Source: Chiloscyllium plagiosum
Lineage: Eukaryota
Length of the DNA: 64,000 bases
Assembly (NCBI RefSeq): GCF_004010195.1
Contig: NC_057720.1
Span: 18,601,887-18,665,886, forward strand
Direction of reading: 5' to 3'
Shown: positions 37,355 through 49,664 of the stretch, piece by piece
Position numbering within the stretch: the stretch's first letter is position 1
Layout: each line of letters begins with the position of its first letter
The notes under the pieces: model-generated
The model's input: only the letters and a program-made list of their open reading frames with translations
Told to the model about the DNA's origin: nothing
Database searches by the model: none
Made by a program: the position numbers and the translations under genes

Positions 37355-37812
37355 GGAAAGACAGTGTGAGAGCAGGCGTCTGTGAAGGTGAGACAGTGTG
37401 AGAGCGGGCGTCTGTGAAGGTGAGAGTGTGAGAGCGGGCGTCTGTGAAGGTGAGACAGTGTGATGTGAGAGCGGGCGTCTGTGAAGGTGAGACAGTGTGA
37501 GAGCGGGCGTCTGTGAAGGTGAGACAGTATGAGCGGGCATCTGTGAAGGTGAGACAGTATGAGCGGGCGTCTGTGAAGGTGAGAGTGCGAGAGCGTGCGT
37601 CTGCGAAGGTGAGACGATGTGAGAGTCGGAGTCTGTGAAGGTGAGACAGTGGGAGAGTCGGAGTCTGTGAAGGTGAGACAGTGCAATAGCAGGCGTCTGT
37701 GAAGATGAGACGGTGCGAGAGCTGGAGTCTGTGAAGGTGAGACAGTGTGAGAGTCGGAGTCTGTGAAGGTGAGAGTGCGAGAGCGGGTGCCTGTGAAGGT
37801 GAGACAGTGCGC
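37355..37812. repeat. Minisatellite, about 30-35 bp unit (GTCTGTGAAGGTGAGACAGTGTGAGAGCGGGC), about 14 copies
   Basis: Directly visible tandem units between CR1 ORF1 and ORF2. Confidence 0.92.
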
Positions 37813-40800
37813 GAGTAGATAAATTGTTTCCACTGATTGAAGATTCCAGCACAAGGAGGCATTGTCTAAGAAAAAGAGCGAGTCAGGGCAGGCAGGAACA
37901 AAGCAGCGAACAAGGTAGGGACTGATAAACTGCATTTACTTCAATGCAAGAGGCCGAACAGGGAAGGCAGATTAACTCAGAGCATGGTTAAGAACATGGG
38001 AGTGGGATATTATTGCAATTATAGAGACGTGGCTTAGGGATGAACAGGACTGGCAGCTAAATATTCCAGAATACAAATGCTTAGGAAGGATAGAAAGGGG
38101 TCGGTGGCAAGAGAGATGGTGGAATAGGGTTTTTGATAAGGGATAGCATTATAGCTGTACTTAGAAAGGATATTCCTGGGAATACATCCAGGGAAGTTAT
38201 TTGGGTGGAACTGAGAAATAAGAAAAAAATGATCATCTCATTGAGATTGTATTGTAGACCCCCAGTAGTCAGCAGGAAATTGAGAAACAGATTTGTAAGG
38301 AGTTCTCAGTTATCTGTAAGAATAATCGAGTGCTTATGGTGGAGGATTTTAACTTTCCAAACATAGACTGGAATTTCACAGTGTTAAGAGTGTAATTGAA
38401 CAGGAATTTGTTAATTGTGTACAAGAAAATTTTCTGATTCAGTATGTAATGTCCCTACCAGAGAAGGTGCAAAACTTGGGAAATAGGGGAGGTGACTGAG
38501 GTGTCAGTGGGGAAGCACTTTGGGACCAGTGACCATAATTCTATTAGTTTTTAAATAGTGATGGGAAAGGATCTAAAAGTTGAAGTTCTAAATTGGAGAA
38601 TAGCCAATTTTGACTGTATTAGGCAAGAACTTTCAAAAGTTCTTTGAGGCAGATGTTTGCAGGTAAAGGAATGACCGGAAAATGGGAAGTGTTCAGTCTA
38701 GAGACAGTATATTCCTGTTTGAGTGAAAGGTAAGTCTGGTAGTGTAGGGAAAGCTGGATGACTAGAGGAATTGAGGTTTTGGTTAAGTAAAAGAATGAAT
38801 CATATGTCAGGCATAGACAGCAGAGATCAAGTGAATCCTTAGATTATAAAGGCAATAGGAGTATAAGAGGGAAATCAGGAGGGCAAAAAGGGGACATGAG
38901 CGAGCTTTGGCAACTAGGGTTAAGAAGAATTCAAAGGGATTCTATAAATGCATTAAGGACAAAAGGGTAACTAGGGACAGAATAGGGTCCCTCAAAGATC
39001 AGCAAGGCAGCATATGTGTGAAACCACTGGAGATGGGGAAGATATTAAACGAGTATTTTGTTTCGGCGTTTACTGTAGAGAGGACATTGAAGACGTAGAT
39101 TGTGGGAAAATAGATGGTGACATCTTGAAAAATGTCCATATTACAGAGGGGGTGGTGCTGGATGTCTTGAAATGCATGAAGGTGAACAAATCACAGAACC
39201 TGATCAGGTGTACCCTAGAACTCTGTGGGAAGATAGGGAAGTGATTTCTGGGCCCCTTGCTGAGATATTTGTATCTTCAATAGTCACAGATGAGATGCTG
39301 GAAGACTGGAGGTTGGCTAACGTGGTGCCACTATTTAAGAAAGATGGTAAGGACCAGCCCGGGAACTATAGACCCGTGAGTCTTACATTGGTGGCGGGCA
39401 AGTTGTTGGAGGGAATCCTGAGGGATAGGGTGTACATGTATTTGGAAAGGCAAGGATTGTATAGGGATAGTAAGGCTTTTGACAGTGTTCCTCATGAGCA
39501 AGGTTAGAGCTCATGGAATACAGGGAGAACTAACCATATGGATACAGAACTGGCTCAAAGGTAGAAGACAGAGGGTGGTGGTGGAGGGTTGCCTTTCAGA
39601 CTGGAGGCCTGTGACCAGTGGTGTGCCACAGGGATTGGTGCTGGGTCCATTGATTTTCTTCATTTATGTGAGTGATTTGGATGTCAACATCGGACGTATA
39701 GTTAATACGTTTGCAGGTGACACCAAAATTGGAGATGTAGTGGACAGTGAAGAAGGTTACCTCCGATTACAATGGGATCTTGATCAGATGGATCAATGGG
39801 GTGAGGAGTGGCAGACAGAGTTTAGTTTAGAATAAATGTGAGATGCTGTATTTTCGAAAGGCAAGTCAGAGCAGGACTTATACACTTAATGGTAAGGTCC
39901 TAGGGAGTGTTGTTGAACAAAGAGGCCTTGGAGTGCAGATTCATAGTTCCCTGAAAGTGGCATCACAGGTAGATAATATGTGAAGAAGGTGTTTGGTATG
40001 CTTTCTTATTGGTCAGAGTATTGAGTATAAGAGTTGGGAGGTCATGCTGTGTCTGTACAGGACATTGGTTAGGCCACTTATGGAATATTTTTTGCAATTC
40101 TGAGCTCCCTCCTATCGAAGGATGTTATGAAACTTGAAAGGGTTCAGAAAAGATTGACAAGGATGATGCCAGGGTTGGAGGATTTGAGATACAGGAAGCA
40201 GCTGAATAGGCTGGGCTGTTTTCCCTGGAGTGTCGGAGGCTGAGGGGTGACCTTATAGAGATTTATGAAATCATGAGGGGCATGGAGAGGGTAAATAACA
40301 AGGTCTTTTCCCTGGGCTGGGGGAGTCATGAACAAGAGGGCATAGTTTTGGGGTGAGAGGAGAAAGACATAAAAGGGACCTTAAGGGGCAACATTTTCAT
40401 GCAGATGGTGGTGGATGTATGGAATGAACTACCAGAGGAAGTGGTGGAAGCTAGTACAATTACAACATTTAAACAGCATCTGAATGGGTATATGAATATG
40501 AAGGGTTAAGAGGAATATGGGCCAAGTGCTGGCAAATGGGACTAGATTAGGTTAGGATATCTCGTCGGCATGGATGGGTTGGACTGACGGGTCTGTTGCT
40601 TCACTGTACATCTTTATGACTCTATGACTCTATTTAGGGCCAGGCCATTCAGGAGAGATGTTAGAAAGCACTTTTAAATGCCAAGTGAAGCAGAGATTTC
40701 GATCTCTCTTCATTAAATGTTGGTCAATGCAAATTCAGTTGTTAAATTTAAATGTGAGAGAGAGAATTTTTAAAAATTAAACAAGTGCGTCAAAGGAGAG

Positions 40801-41579
40801 AGGTCCAAGGCAGGCATATGGAGTTAGGCTCTAGGTCAGCTATGAAAGCAGAGCTGTTCCTATGAATTGATTCACTGGGGCTGAAGAGAGACTTAAACCT
40901 AATTAGAGGGGAATCATAAGCTTCCAGGACAAGAAGAAATCATGGCATTCCACCAGAAGTGGACAAGAAGGGTCAGAGTGTGCACATATAAGAAAGTAGC
41001 AACAAATATGGTCAAAGAGAGGAAATTTACTAAAATGGCAAAATTAATGGCACTTTACTTAAATGTATGTGGTATTTAGAACAAAATGAATGAATTTAAC
41101 AGCAGAGATTGATGTTAATGGATATGATTGTGTAGCCATTATGGAGACATGATTACAGGGAGATAAAATTTGGGAGCTATATCTTCAGTGATATGTGATT
41201 TTTCAAAAGGGAAGGGTAGCTTTGTTGGTACAATGTGGCATAAGTATGATAGGAAGAAATGATCTAGGATAAGATGTAGAAAACATATGGATGGAGGTAA
41301 GAAATAACCATGGGTAGAAGATATTGGTGGGAGTAGTCTGTGGGCCCCTAACAGTAGCCTTTTGGTCGGACAAAATAAATAATACGGTAATGAGGGCATA
41401 TAAGGAAAAAAAGGCAATAAGTTAATCATGGATGACTTTAATCTTCATGTTGGCAAAATCAAATTGGCAAAAGTAGCAATAAAAAAGAACTCATAGATTT
41501 TAGTTTGGATAGTTTCCTGGCGAAATATTTTGTGTATCCAAGCAGAGATCATGCTAATGTATAATGAGGCAGTTTTACA

Positions 41580-42257
41580 TAGAACAACACAGCGCAGAAC
41601 AAACTCTTCAACCCTCGATGTATTGCTAACCTGTAAACTAATCTAAGCCCAACCCCTACACTATCCCATCATCATCCATATGCTTATCCAAGGACTAAAT
41701 GTCCCTAATCTGACTGAGTTAACTACACTGGCAGGCAGGGCATTCCACACCCTTACTACTCTCTGAGTAAAGAACCTGCCTCTGACATCTGTAGTAAATC
41801 TGTCACCCCTCAATTTGCAGCTGTCCCCCTTCATACAAGCTGACTCTCACTGTTCACGCTATCTAATCCTGTGATCACCTTGTATATCTGTATTAAAGCC
41901 TCTCTTAGTCACCTCCTCTCCAATGAGAACAGACCCAAGTCTCTCAGCCTTTCCTCATAAGACCTTCCCTCCAGAACAGGCAACATCCTGGTAAATCTCC
42001 TTTGCAACTTTTCCAATGCTTCCACATCCTTCCTGTAATGGGGCGACCAGACCTGCATACAATACTCCAAATGAGGCCGCACTGGCATTTTGAAGCATGA
42101 CATTACTGCTCTGGAACGCAATCCCTCTACCATTAAAACCTAACACACCATATACCTTCTTAACAGCACTATCAACCTGGGTGGCAACTTTCAGGGATCA
42201 ATGTACGTGGGCTCCAAGATCCCTCTGCACATCCACACCACCAAGTATCTTTCCATT
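41580..42257 (-). mobile_element. CR1 LINE 3' end
   Basis: ORF 41909-42133 VRPHLEYCMQVWSPHYRKDVEALEKLQRRFTRML. Confidence 0.88.
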
Positions 42258-42378
42258 GATGTTTTGGGCAAAAGCCTTTCATCAGCAATCATTCCTGATG
42301 AAGGGCTTTTGCCCAAAATGCCAATTCTCGTGCTCCTCGGATGCTGCCTGACCTGCTGTGCTTTTCCAGCATGACTCT
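42255..42378. mobile_element. Degenerate inverted PLE family A pLTR pair
   Basis: ttttgggcaaaagcctttcatcagcaat|cattcctgatgaagggcttttgcccaaaatgcc; both HHR cores carry CAAAA. Confidence 0.75.
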
Positions 42379-42436
42379 CACAGGGCAGCTCACACCTTCA
42401 ATCCATTATCTGGGCCGATATGACACCAATTTGATA

Positions 42437-42732
42437 TAGATTAGATTACTTAGTGTGGAAACAGGCCCTTCGGCCCAACAAGTCCACACCGACCCGTCAA
42501 AGCGCAACCCACCCAGACCCATTCCCCTACATTTACCCCTTCACCTAACACTACGGGCAATTTAGCATGGCCAGTTCACCTAATCTGCACATTTTTGGAC
42601 TGTGGGAGGAAACTGGAGCACCCGGAGGAAACCCACGCAGACACTGGGAGAATGTGCAAATTCCACACAGTTGCCTGAGGCGGGAATTGAACCCGGGTCT
42701 CTGGCGCTGTGAGGCAGCAGTGCTAACCACTG
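42437..42732 (-). mobile_element. HE1-type SINE (5'-clipped)
   Basis: Highly similar to 5227-5520; (aatct)n tail; B box ccgggttcaattcc on minus. Confidence 0.88.
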
Positions 42733-43012
42733 TTAAAGTTCACTTGAGAATGTAACTTTTAAAAAGTTCTGTGATTTACTTATGAAAGAACTGAAACCCA
42801 ACATGCCCATTCTAAAAGATGAGAGACTTAACAAACAGTCCAGGTCTTTTTCAATATATAATATTAGTTACATCACACTGTAAACTTTTGCTATAAATTC
42901 TGTGCCTTATGATCTTATACTCCTCAACCACCTGATGAAGAAGCAGGGCTTCAAAAGCTAGTGCTTCCAAATAAACCTGTTGGACTATAACCTGGTGTTA
43001 TATGATTTTTAA

Positions 43013-43240
43013 GGAGAAAGTGAGGTCTGCAGACGCTGGAGATCAAAGCTGAAACTTTATTGCTGGAACAGCACAGCAGGTCAGGCAGCATCTAGGGAAC
43101 AGAAGATTCGACATTTCGGGCACATGCCCTTCTTCAGGAATGAGTCATTCCTGAAGAAGGGCATGTGCCCGAAACGTCGAATCTTCTGTTCCCTAGATGC
43201 TGCCTGACCTGCTGTGCTGTTCCAGCAATAAAGTTTCAGC
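43013..43240. mobile_element. Palindromic PLE family A' pLTR pair inserted into a family B pLTR
   Basis: 98-bp arms 43046-43143 and 43145-43242; 15-bp TSD ttatatgatttttaa at 42998-43012 and 43241-43255. Confidence 0.9.
43147..43182 (+). ncRNA. Minimal hammerhead ribozyme (family A'), intact; predicted cut after C43178 (mirror copy 43106-43141 on minus)
   Basis: attc CTGAAGA AGGGCatgtGCCC GAAA CG TC gaat. Confidence 0.87.
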
Positions 43241-44301
43241 TTATATGATTTTTAACTTTGTACACCCCAGTCTAACACCGGTATCTTCAAATCTTAATTA
43301 ACTATGATTTGTCTTTTGCAAATCCATTAGGCATTCTTTAATTAATCCATACTTAACCAAGATAATGTTAGTTTTGTCTCAAGATCGTCATTTGTCAAAG
43401 CTTTCCTGCTGCTGAGATTGAGCTGATTGGCGTGTAGTTGCTGGATTTAATGTTGTACTGTTTGTTTGAACAAAGATGCAATATTTGCAATTTTCTAGTC
43501 CTCTGATACGAGACACTAACTAATGAGGATTGGAAGAAGAAAGACACTGTCTCTGCAGTTTTGGTCCTTGCTTTCCTCAGCATCCTTGAATGTATGCCAT
43601 CTGGTCCTATGACAAATATCAACCTGTATTTAAAATTTGCTAGTAATTCTACTTTATGAATTTTCAGCCTATTCCTTAATGTCCCCTTTCACTGTGACTT
43701 CAGTGGCGATTTCTTTAGTAAATACAGATGCAAACTTTGCATTTAGTATCTCAACCATATCTGCTATGTCAAGATCTTTTTGCAGTTGAGTTTTCTTCGA
43801 AGTCCTAATACCCATATAAATCACTTGATTAGCGCTGCTGAAACTATACTTTCCCATATTATTAAAAAGCAACAATCATGCCAACTTAGTTTAAAGATTC
43901 AGATTAAAAACTTCTAAAAGTCTCAAATTATTTCCCAATTATTATGCTTGTGTCAAACCCCACAAAAATGGCAGCCTAGGAGAATTGTTGCCATGACTTG
44001 ATCTGATGACAAATTCAGCTAAAGAGTAGATCAAATAATTTTGATTTTCTCAGAAAAATCATACAACTCTGTAAATTGATCCATTTACAGCATGAAATCA
44101 GAAGCTCTTGAGGTTTCTGTTCAAAAAATAGACAAAAATTCAAAATTAAATTTACATTGGCAGCACAGCTAAATGTTGATATGAACTTTGCAATATTTGG
44201 TTATTTCTATTTCTGATTATAATGAGCACATCTATAATGTTGGTATTGTCTATTCCATGCCACCCAGCATTCTTTCTAACATGATTTATATATATTTCTA
44301 G

Positions 44302-44379
44302 GAAATAAAGAAACAAGATAACAGAAATAATGCTGCGTTAAAAAGCTTACAAAATCAAACCGATGAAGAAGCTTCCAAA
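44302..44379 (+). CDS. CCDC18: CCDC18-like exon E (EIKKQDNRNNAALKSLQNQTDEEASK)
   Basis: atttctag| ... AAA|gtctgt (weak donor, but the one that keeps frame); 78 nt; resembles recalled EMKKEN...ALKALQNQVSEETIK. Confidence 0.82.
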
Positions 44380-44581
44380 GTCTGTAAACTTTATTTTATA
44401 CTCATTATAATTCTACTTTTTGTGGATGGTAAATGCATGCAAATGGAAAAAGCATTGATTAGTTAAATTAAAATTAGGTTGCCATTTTATGGATCATTAG
44501 TGTATTTCCAAATCAGAAATGCTTAATTGTAGGTTTTCAAGTATTTTGCAACATTTTCACTGATGTGTTAAATAAACACAG

Positions 44582-44698
44582 GTTAAGGATTTGGAAAATG
44601 CATTAGCAATTTCTAAGGAGGAACTGAAAATTCAGTCACAACAGTTTGAAGATATCAGGGAACAACAAAAAAAGCAGATAGAGAAGAAGTCTGAAGAG
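44582..44698 (+). CDS. CCDC18: CCDC18-like exon F (VKDLENALAISKEELKIQSQQFEDIREQQKKQIEKKSEE)
   Basis: aacacag| ... GAG|gtaaat; 117 nt, phase 0/0; resembles recalled VRQLDSALEICKEEL...KQLKKKSEE. Confidence 0.88.
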
Positions 44699-46213
44699 GT
44701 AAATTATACAATGTACTGCTACCATTGTTGAGCAATCTGTTTTGCCAGATATAATTTCTGTTTTATTAATTTCAGAGCTTCAGAACATACGTATATATGT
44801 TTATTTTCAGAACTGGCTTTTGTCCTTTCCAACCATGTTGAAAATGTGAAAGGTTTATAAGATTTGACTGTTGATTCTCATTAACAAAATAAATGGCAAA
44901 TTTAAATATAATTTTTCCTTTCCAAGAACAGGGAAGATGCTGCTTAGATATTGTATGGTATTTATTCATTCAGTATCACTTTGTGTAAGAGCATTGTTTG
45001 CTTTCAGTGGCCTTACTTGTCAGGTGTTTTTCTCAAAAAGATATTTTACAGATTCCTTTTACAGAGCCAATTATCCTCTCCCACGTTTAAAAAAAAAAAT
45101 GGCATTGTGCAAAATAACACCAACAGTTGGATGTGAGGAGGAAAGTTGATCTAAATTTCTGCAAGTTTGATGTCGGGTTATCTTTTCTGACCATCGGAAT
45201 GAGAGGAGAATCAAATTAAGTTACTATAAAATAACCATAAATAACTTGGATTTAGCAATTGAGGGAACAATATCAAAATTGACTGGCATTAAATAAGAAT
45301 GTATGATAATTAAAATAACTGTAAAAAGGCTTTGAGAAATAGGAAGATAAGGATAGCCAATAGCTCTTTGAAGGGAAAAAAAATTGTGGTAATTTGTTTG
45401 GAAGTAAAATCAGGGAAAGGAAACGCTCATTCTACATATTTTACATGGAGGACCTGAGATTGCAGATATTAAGTTATTTAAGACTGGCAAGGAAATATAT
45501 TTTAAAAAGCAACGAGGTAACGCCATCCTCAGTTTTGGAACAAAGCATAGGCTACCAAAGCAAGAAGCTATTATTAACTTCTAAAAAAAATCTTAGACTG
45601 TAGCTGTGGAGTTACGTACATTTTTGGACGAGGATGTCAAAGGAATGAAGAAGATTGCTGTATAGGTTTACTAAAATTTTCAAAAATGGTATTGTCTTTA
45701 GAATATAAATACATCAGATGTGTCTGCATTTTTACTGCAGCTCAGAAGGTTCAGCGATCACTTAACAAGCTGTTTTCTGGATTTAAAAGATTATTATTGT
45801 AAATTTTAGATTATTTTCTTTATTAAGGTGGGAATGAATGTTATTAATTTTGGGTAATCATCAAAAAAACTTAATGTTGGGACTATGAAGGTTTCTTTAT
45901 TTTCCAGATGTTTAGAATGTATATTCTAATGATTAAAACAAATTTACTTCAATAACTGAAGAGATTCTTGGAAGAGTAACGTTACATTCTGCATATAAAA
46001 CTGTCAGGAGAATGGTGGTAGATTGGGTGACTCAAAGAAAAGTAGGGCTGAGTTGATGGGATGAAAAATACGTTTGTGTTTCGTTGTAACACTATAAATT
46101 TATGATTATAGAACTTGGGGCTCTGAGGACTGGCACAAGTTCACTGTTATTCAGTGAAGTTGCAGCTTTGGGACACGGTGCTGTAAATAGTTGTTGAATT
46201 TTATTTTTGAAAG

Positions 46214-46381
46214 GTACTTTGTCTGCAGAAACAGTTAAAAATATCTGCAATCAATCTGAAGGAGAGTAATGAGCAGAATATGCAACTCCAGCAGACCTTG
46301 GTACAGTATCAACAAATGTTGCAGCAAGGGACAGCTAGAATTGGAGAGCTGGAAGACCACCAGGCAATGTTAGAAAGACAG
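46214..46381 (+). CDS. CCDC18: CCDC18-like exon G ([56 protein letters not shown])
   Basis: tttttgaaag| ... CAG|gtgatt; 168 nt; resembles recalled VYCLQKELKI...QQMLQQETIRNGELED...LEKQ. Confidence 0.9.
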
Positions 46382-47156
46382 GTGATTGTTTTCAAAATAT
46401 ATACTTTCCATTTGAGTTTTATAACATAATCTGATCAAATTTGATATCTTACATTTTTCCTTGCAAGAAGGCTTGCAGTTTTTCACAAGGTGAGTGCATG
46501 AAAAAACTCAAGTATTAAATCTTTGCCTCAAATGGAATAACACCTTCTACAGATTATAATTGCTTCTTACTTTGCTACAGACCTGCTATTAATTCTGTCC
46601 CTTTAGTTATGTAGGTAGATCTATAATAAATGGAAAAGAGAGGTGAAGGTTTTTAAAAAAGATTCTTTCATAGAATGTGGCTTAGTTGTCCAGACCATTT
46701 ATTGTGCATCATTGATGCAGTTGAGAAAGTGGTGCTAAGCCTTTGCCTTAAACAACTTGGACTCATGTGACGCAACTAGGATGAGAATTTGAGAATTTCA
46801 ACCCTTTTAATATAAGGATGCAGCATGCACCCAATTGCAAAAGCAGAGTCCTGGAGTTACACATCAGGGCAGAGGACACAATCTTTCATAGTTGCTGAGT
46901 ATGCTTATATTTCTATTATTGCTGGCAAAAGGCACTGTACAACAAATATGCAGAAGGCCAGACACATGGTGGACCTCGACTGAGAAAATATTCTGGAACC
47001 TTCTAATTTTGAACTCCAACATGGTCAATTTTCTACATTCCTATTAATTGCAATCTGTGAATCTCAAAAGTATGGTGGCAGGGATACCTCCTCACCACCA
47101 CCAACCTGACTTTGTGATGTTTTCTTTGAATTGACATTTCCCTTCTTTGGTTACTA

Positions 47157-47970
47157 CAGAGGAACTCGATTATCCGAACATCATTTATCTGAATGTCGGA
47201 TTATCCGAAGGAGATAGAAACATTACATCAAAGAGCTGTTTCAACGCCAATCGCATCTTTTGTTTACAATGATTAAAAACGATCTCGGCTCACAGAAATA
47301 CTGCCAAGAACAGTCCCTGATATCGATGGGAGCCCAGGCACCGTCTCCAAATGACTGACCTCCAGCTCTCCCTCTCTCTCCCCACACTTTCTCAGGAGTT
47401 ATACATAGGGGTGAACCCTAAATCCAGATATTCTCTCTAACATTGTCCTGTACAGGGCAGAGGTGGGACTTGTCAAAACGTTGTCTGTCTGTCTGTGTGC
47501 GCTATTTGGAAACTTGTCCCACAAAGACAGCAGCAGTCTTGCTGTTGGTGTCCACTCCAGCTGCCCCGGAGGGAGAGAGCGACTGATGGGGGCAGGGGCG
47601 CACGGTGGGGTCGGGGTGGCTAGGGTGAGGGTGCAGATGGGGGTCGGACAGTGGGTGGTGGCAGGGGCGGTGCCAGTTGGGAGGGTGGGGTTGGACAGGG
47701 TTGGGGGCAGACAGAGGGCAGGGGTTGGGCGGAGGGTGGAGTTGGGGGGCAGGCAGAGAGCGGTGTTGGACGGGGTTTGGGGTGGGGCTCACATGCGGTG
47801 TGTTGCTGCACGGGGTGTGCTGCAGTCTCTTGAACAGGGAGCAGACTTAACAGAAAACTCTGGGCCCCAGAGGAATGACTCTGAGAGGCATTGAATCAAT
47901 TAACCGCATAATCAGTTATCTGAAAGAAATAGTGCCCGCCCATCTCGTTCGGATAATCTAGGTTCCTCTG
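47157..47970. mobile_element. Non-autonomous Tc1/mariner (Tigger/pogo-like) MITE
   Basis: TA|cagaggaactcgattatccgaac ... gttcggataatctaggttcctctg|TA; subterminal attatccgaa repeats; no transposase ORF. Confidence 0.85.
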
Positions 47971-49521
47971 TATTCTGGCATAACTTGTATATCCAGTGTT
48001 CGAAGCATACTAGACACTGAATGTGGAACGATGTCTGTGCCTGTCAACTTTCCTGCCAGTCTAAAATATCTGACACTATTGTGTTCACAGCCCAGCCATC
48101 TATCCAGTCTGGTAGACTTCTCTGTGAAAGTGCCATTGGATAGTAGTGAGAGGTGGTGAGGAGTTAGGAGGAGCAAAATATACTGAAATAGATGAAGAAC
48201 ATCGGAAAAAAGGTGCAGTAGAATATTGGATTATAAAATGGAAAGAGCAAGGAATGAAAGTTAAGGGCAGGTTCTTAGAATGATTGGAAATAGGTAATGG
48301 CATGCCACCAATTTCTATTTCAGGTTGCTTCTGGTATTTTTGTGTCTGTGGTATGGAGTGATACACGGATTTGCTGATAGGCATAAAATTGTAAATAATT
48401 ATGCAGACAAAGAGAAAGATATGGGTATTATTAAATAATGGGATATTAAGATTTGGTGCAGGTTCACAAGGACATTGATAGGTGAGAAGAAATACAAATA
48501 TGAAGAAAGACTTGAAACTTTAATGGCTGCTTTTATTAATTTGATAAATATATTTTAAGTTATGAAGGAATGAAGTGGAACCACCGAAACAAACTCTTTA
48601 GTTGTGGAGTCTCCAATGAGGTGCATATAAGATTGAATGTAAGGGAGTTGGGGCTGAGGTTTTTGAAGTTGGTGGTTGAAGTTTAGACTGTTTATAGATG
48701 ATTGCTGGAAGACAAGTAACGTAGGAACAGGATAGATAGAGGCTAACTACTGACATGTACAGATTGGAGCAAATGGCATTTATTCATACTATAGGTTCTA
48801 GGAAGATTCCCCATATCTCACAATACGATATTCCATCGTTATTATACCATGCATACTGAATGCTCCATGCATTATTACTATGAATATTTTAACAAAACAG
48901 GAATTGAATGTTTTCAATGTATTCTGTGGTCCCACATGTGAATGTATTAAAATTAAATATTCAATATTTGTCACCAATTATGTATTGTAAATTGTCTTCA
49001 TTTAGAAATGACAGAATCTTCTTGTATAAGGTAAAACAAAATCTGTCTCTGGTGAGCCTATTCATTTCTATATTATTTATGAAACTGATGTGAAGTTACA
49101 CTTGCAAGATGGTTATTAAGTGAGAATTTTACTTTATTCTTTCATGTAATTGCCAACGTTTGTTGCCCACCCCGTTTGCCTTTAAACTGATTTCTGGCTA
49201 GGCCATTAAAGGGCAGTTAAGAGTCATTCACATTACTGAGAGTCTGGAGCATATGTATTGCCAGGCAGATAAAGAAGGGAATTTCCTTCTCCAAAGGATA
49301 CTAATGAACTAAGTGGTTTTCTACGACAGTCAGTGGTAGCTGTCATAGTCAGCTGCATGTGGGATTTGGATCCACTTTCACAGAAAACTAGCCTGGACCT
49401 CTGCATCACCAGTCCAGTAATATTGCCACTACTCCACCACTTCACCCTGAGAATCTTAGTAGTTTCACTGCTGCCTTATCATTTAACAATGGGATAAAAT
49501 GTTGTTATGTTTGTGAAATAG

Positions 49522-49664
49522 GTTTCTCAACTGGAGCAAGAATTATATAAACAGAAAATGGCCTATACTGATGAGCTCTCAAAAACCGAAGGAAAGCTTT
49601 TAAAGGCATATGATGGCCAAGATTCCAAACACCAGCAGGTGGTTGAACTTACCAGTGCTCTGAA
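49522..49664 (+). CDS. CCDC18: CCDC18-like exon H (VSQLEQELYKQKMAYTDELSKTEGKLLKAYDGQDSKHQQVVELTSAL[K])
   Basis: gaaatag| ... AA|gtaagt; 143 nt, phase 0/2; resembles recalled VSKLEQELQKQ...QKVIELT. Confidence 0.88.

Larger units (their letters stand above)
36670..40633 (+). mobile_element. Near full-length degenerate CR1 LINE (ORF1 esterase end, ORF2 APE and RT, 3' UTR)
   Basis: PVVIAQVGTNAIDR (ORF1); CIYFNARG, VIWVELRNKK (APE); [14 protein letters not shown] (RT); tail tatgactctatgactcta. Confidence 0.9.
42378..43295 (+). mobile_element. PLE family B long pLTR (HHR at 42929-42963 with G12A), interrupted by an HE1 SINE and an A' palindrome
   Basis: Homologous to 4155-4463; cacCTGATGAAGAAGCagg GCTTC AAAA GCTAgtg; ends gtacaccccagtctaacaccggtatcttcaaatc. 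Confidence 0.82.

Noticed and set aside
37293..37935. Three long overlapping minus-strand ORFs (167-202 aa) and a CRISPR-like periodicity
   Set aside because: Products of a stop-free minisatellite; the inter-core segments are variants of one sequence, not unique spacers; eukaryotic context with no cas genes.
47463..47894. Gly/Val-rich and Pro-rich ORFs
   Set aside because: Low-complexity G-rich interior of a MITE; no transposase motifs or splice support.
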